This document shows, one piece after another, positions 63,231 through 64,000 of a DNA stretch of 64,000 bases. Each line of letters begins with the position of its first letter. The first letter of the stretch is position 1. The notes under the pieces were generated by a model. That model was not told the origin of the DNA, searched no databases, and saw only the letters and a list, made by a program, of their open reading frames with translations. Source of the DNA: Stylophora pistillata (lineage: Eukaryota); the NCBI RefSeq assembly GCF_002571385.2, contig NW_019217843.1, forward strand, positions 74,744 to 138,743, written 5' to 3'. The position numbers and the translations under genes are program-made.

Positions 63231-64000
63231 TAAAGGCGTCTTAAAAAGCGTTCTGTTTATGAGAACAAACACTGGCATATGGAGAGGGTAGTTTCGAGAC
63301 GTTTCCGAACCATATCAAAATATCAAAAACCACCCTGCTGGCACTTCTTTTTAAAAGAAATATCGAAGTCAAAAGATTATGGTGGAAGAAATCTTTATTT
63401 TCTGTTCTGACAACACCAAGCTCTGGTGTACTTATACGAATACTGTGCCTTGCATTTGGAGGCAATAAATATCCTTTATCATATGACCCGTACGGCCCCG
63501 CTCACGCAATGCTTTAGAAAACCATAATGAAAGCTGACTTGTGTACATGTAGGACTGGACGGGTTGACGGGAGATTCTGAGAACGTGAACTCTAGCTGTG
63601 GACTTAAATCTAAAAGAAAATGGAACTGGAAAAAAGTCGCGTTCTTCGATGAGTGAAGTTTTTCGCGTTCTACTCGAGATACAGAGGAAAAGATCGTTTG
63701 TAGAAGCTCGTACTCGTCTTGCGCGCGCATTCTTATCGTGTCCTATTAAGGTTCAAACATAATTTCAACCTAGTGGTCACACGACAATTAATAGGTGCCC
63801 TCTAGGCAATATATATATCATTTCTCGTATCTGTTACTTTACTCATGTTTCACCATAGTGTACGGCGACTTCACGGGCATTGTCTCGGCCAGCCAAAATA
63901 AATTCAGTCTCTTTCACGTCATAGAGACAAGGATGACATCGCTATATGTAATCCTACTTGCGACATCTTTTTATATGTTACTGAACAAAATATCAAGTAT

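Overview
AT-rich, intron-containing animal DNA; gene content and repeat families fit a cnidarian, probably a stony coral (inferred). The draft scaffold has N gaps at 12353, 19776-20024, 22439-22460, 26789-26809 and 47782. Three multi-exon genes were reconstructed by hand with phase-consistent splice junctions. (1) A + strand DUF229 (alkaline-phosphatase/sulfatase-superfamily) type II membrane protein, 2651-8209. (2) A - strand M17 leucyl aminopeptidase (W07G4.4-like), 23456-35173 plus an upstream first exon; its central catalytic exons appear lost in a gap. (3) A - strand Pim-like Ser/Thr kinase, 51961-55315. The rest is mostly mobile DNA: a Kolobok-like end, many MITEs (some nested), Penelope fragments carrying minimal hammerhead ribozymes, a solo LTR present as both filled and empty allele, a decayed 2A-PHD-APE-RT LINE interrupted by a 247-bp tRNA-derived tandem array, and a deleted Harbinger. 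Most notable: a diverged tandem array (35.3-44.5 kb) whose units each carry a 23-nt ATG exon. In three units this exon ends in a GC splice donor in phase with aminopeptidase exon 2, suggesting multiplied alternative promoters/first exons.
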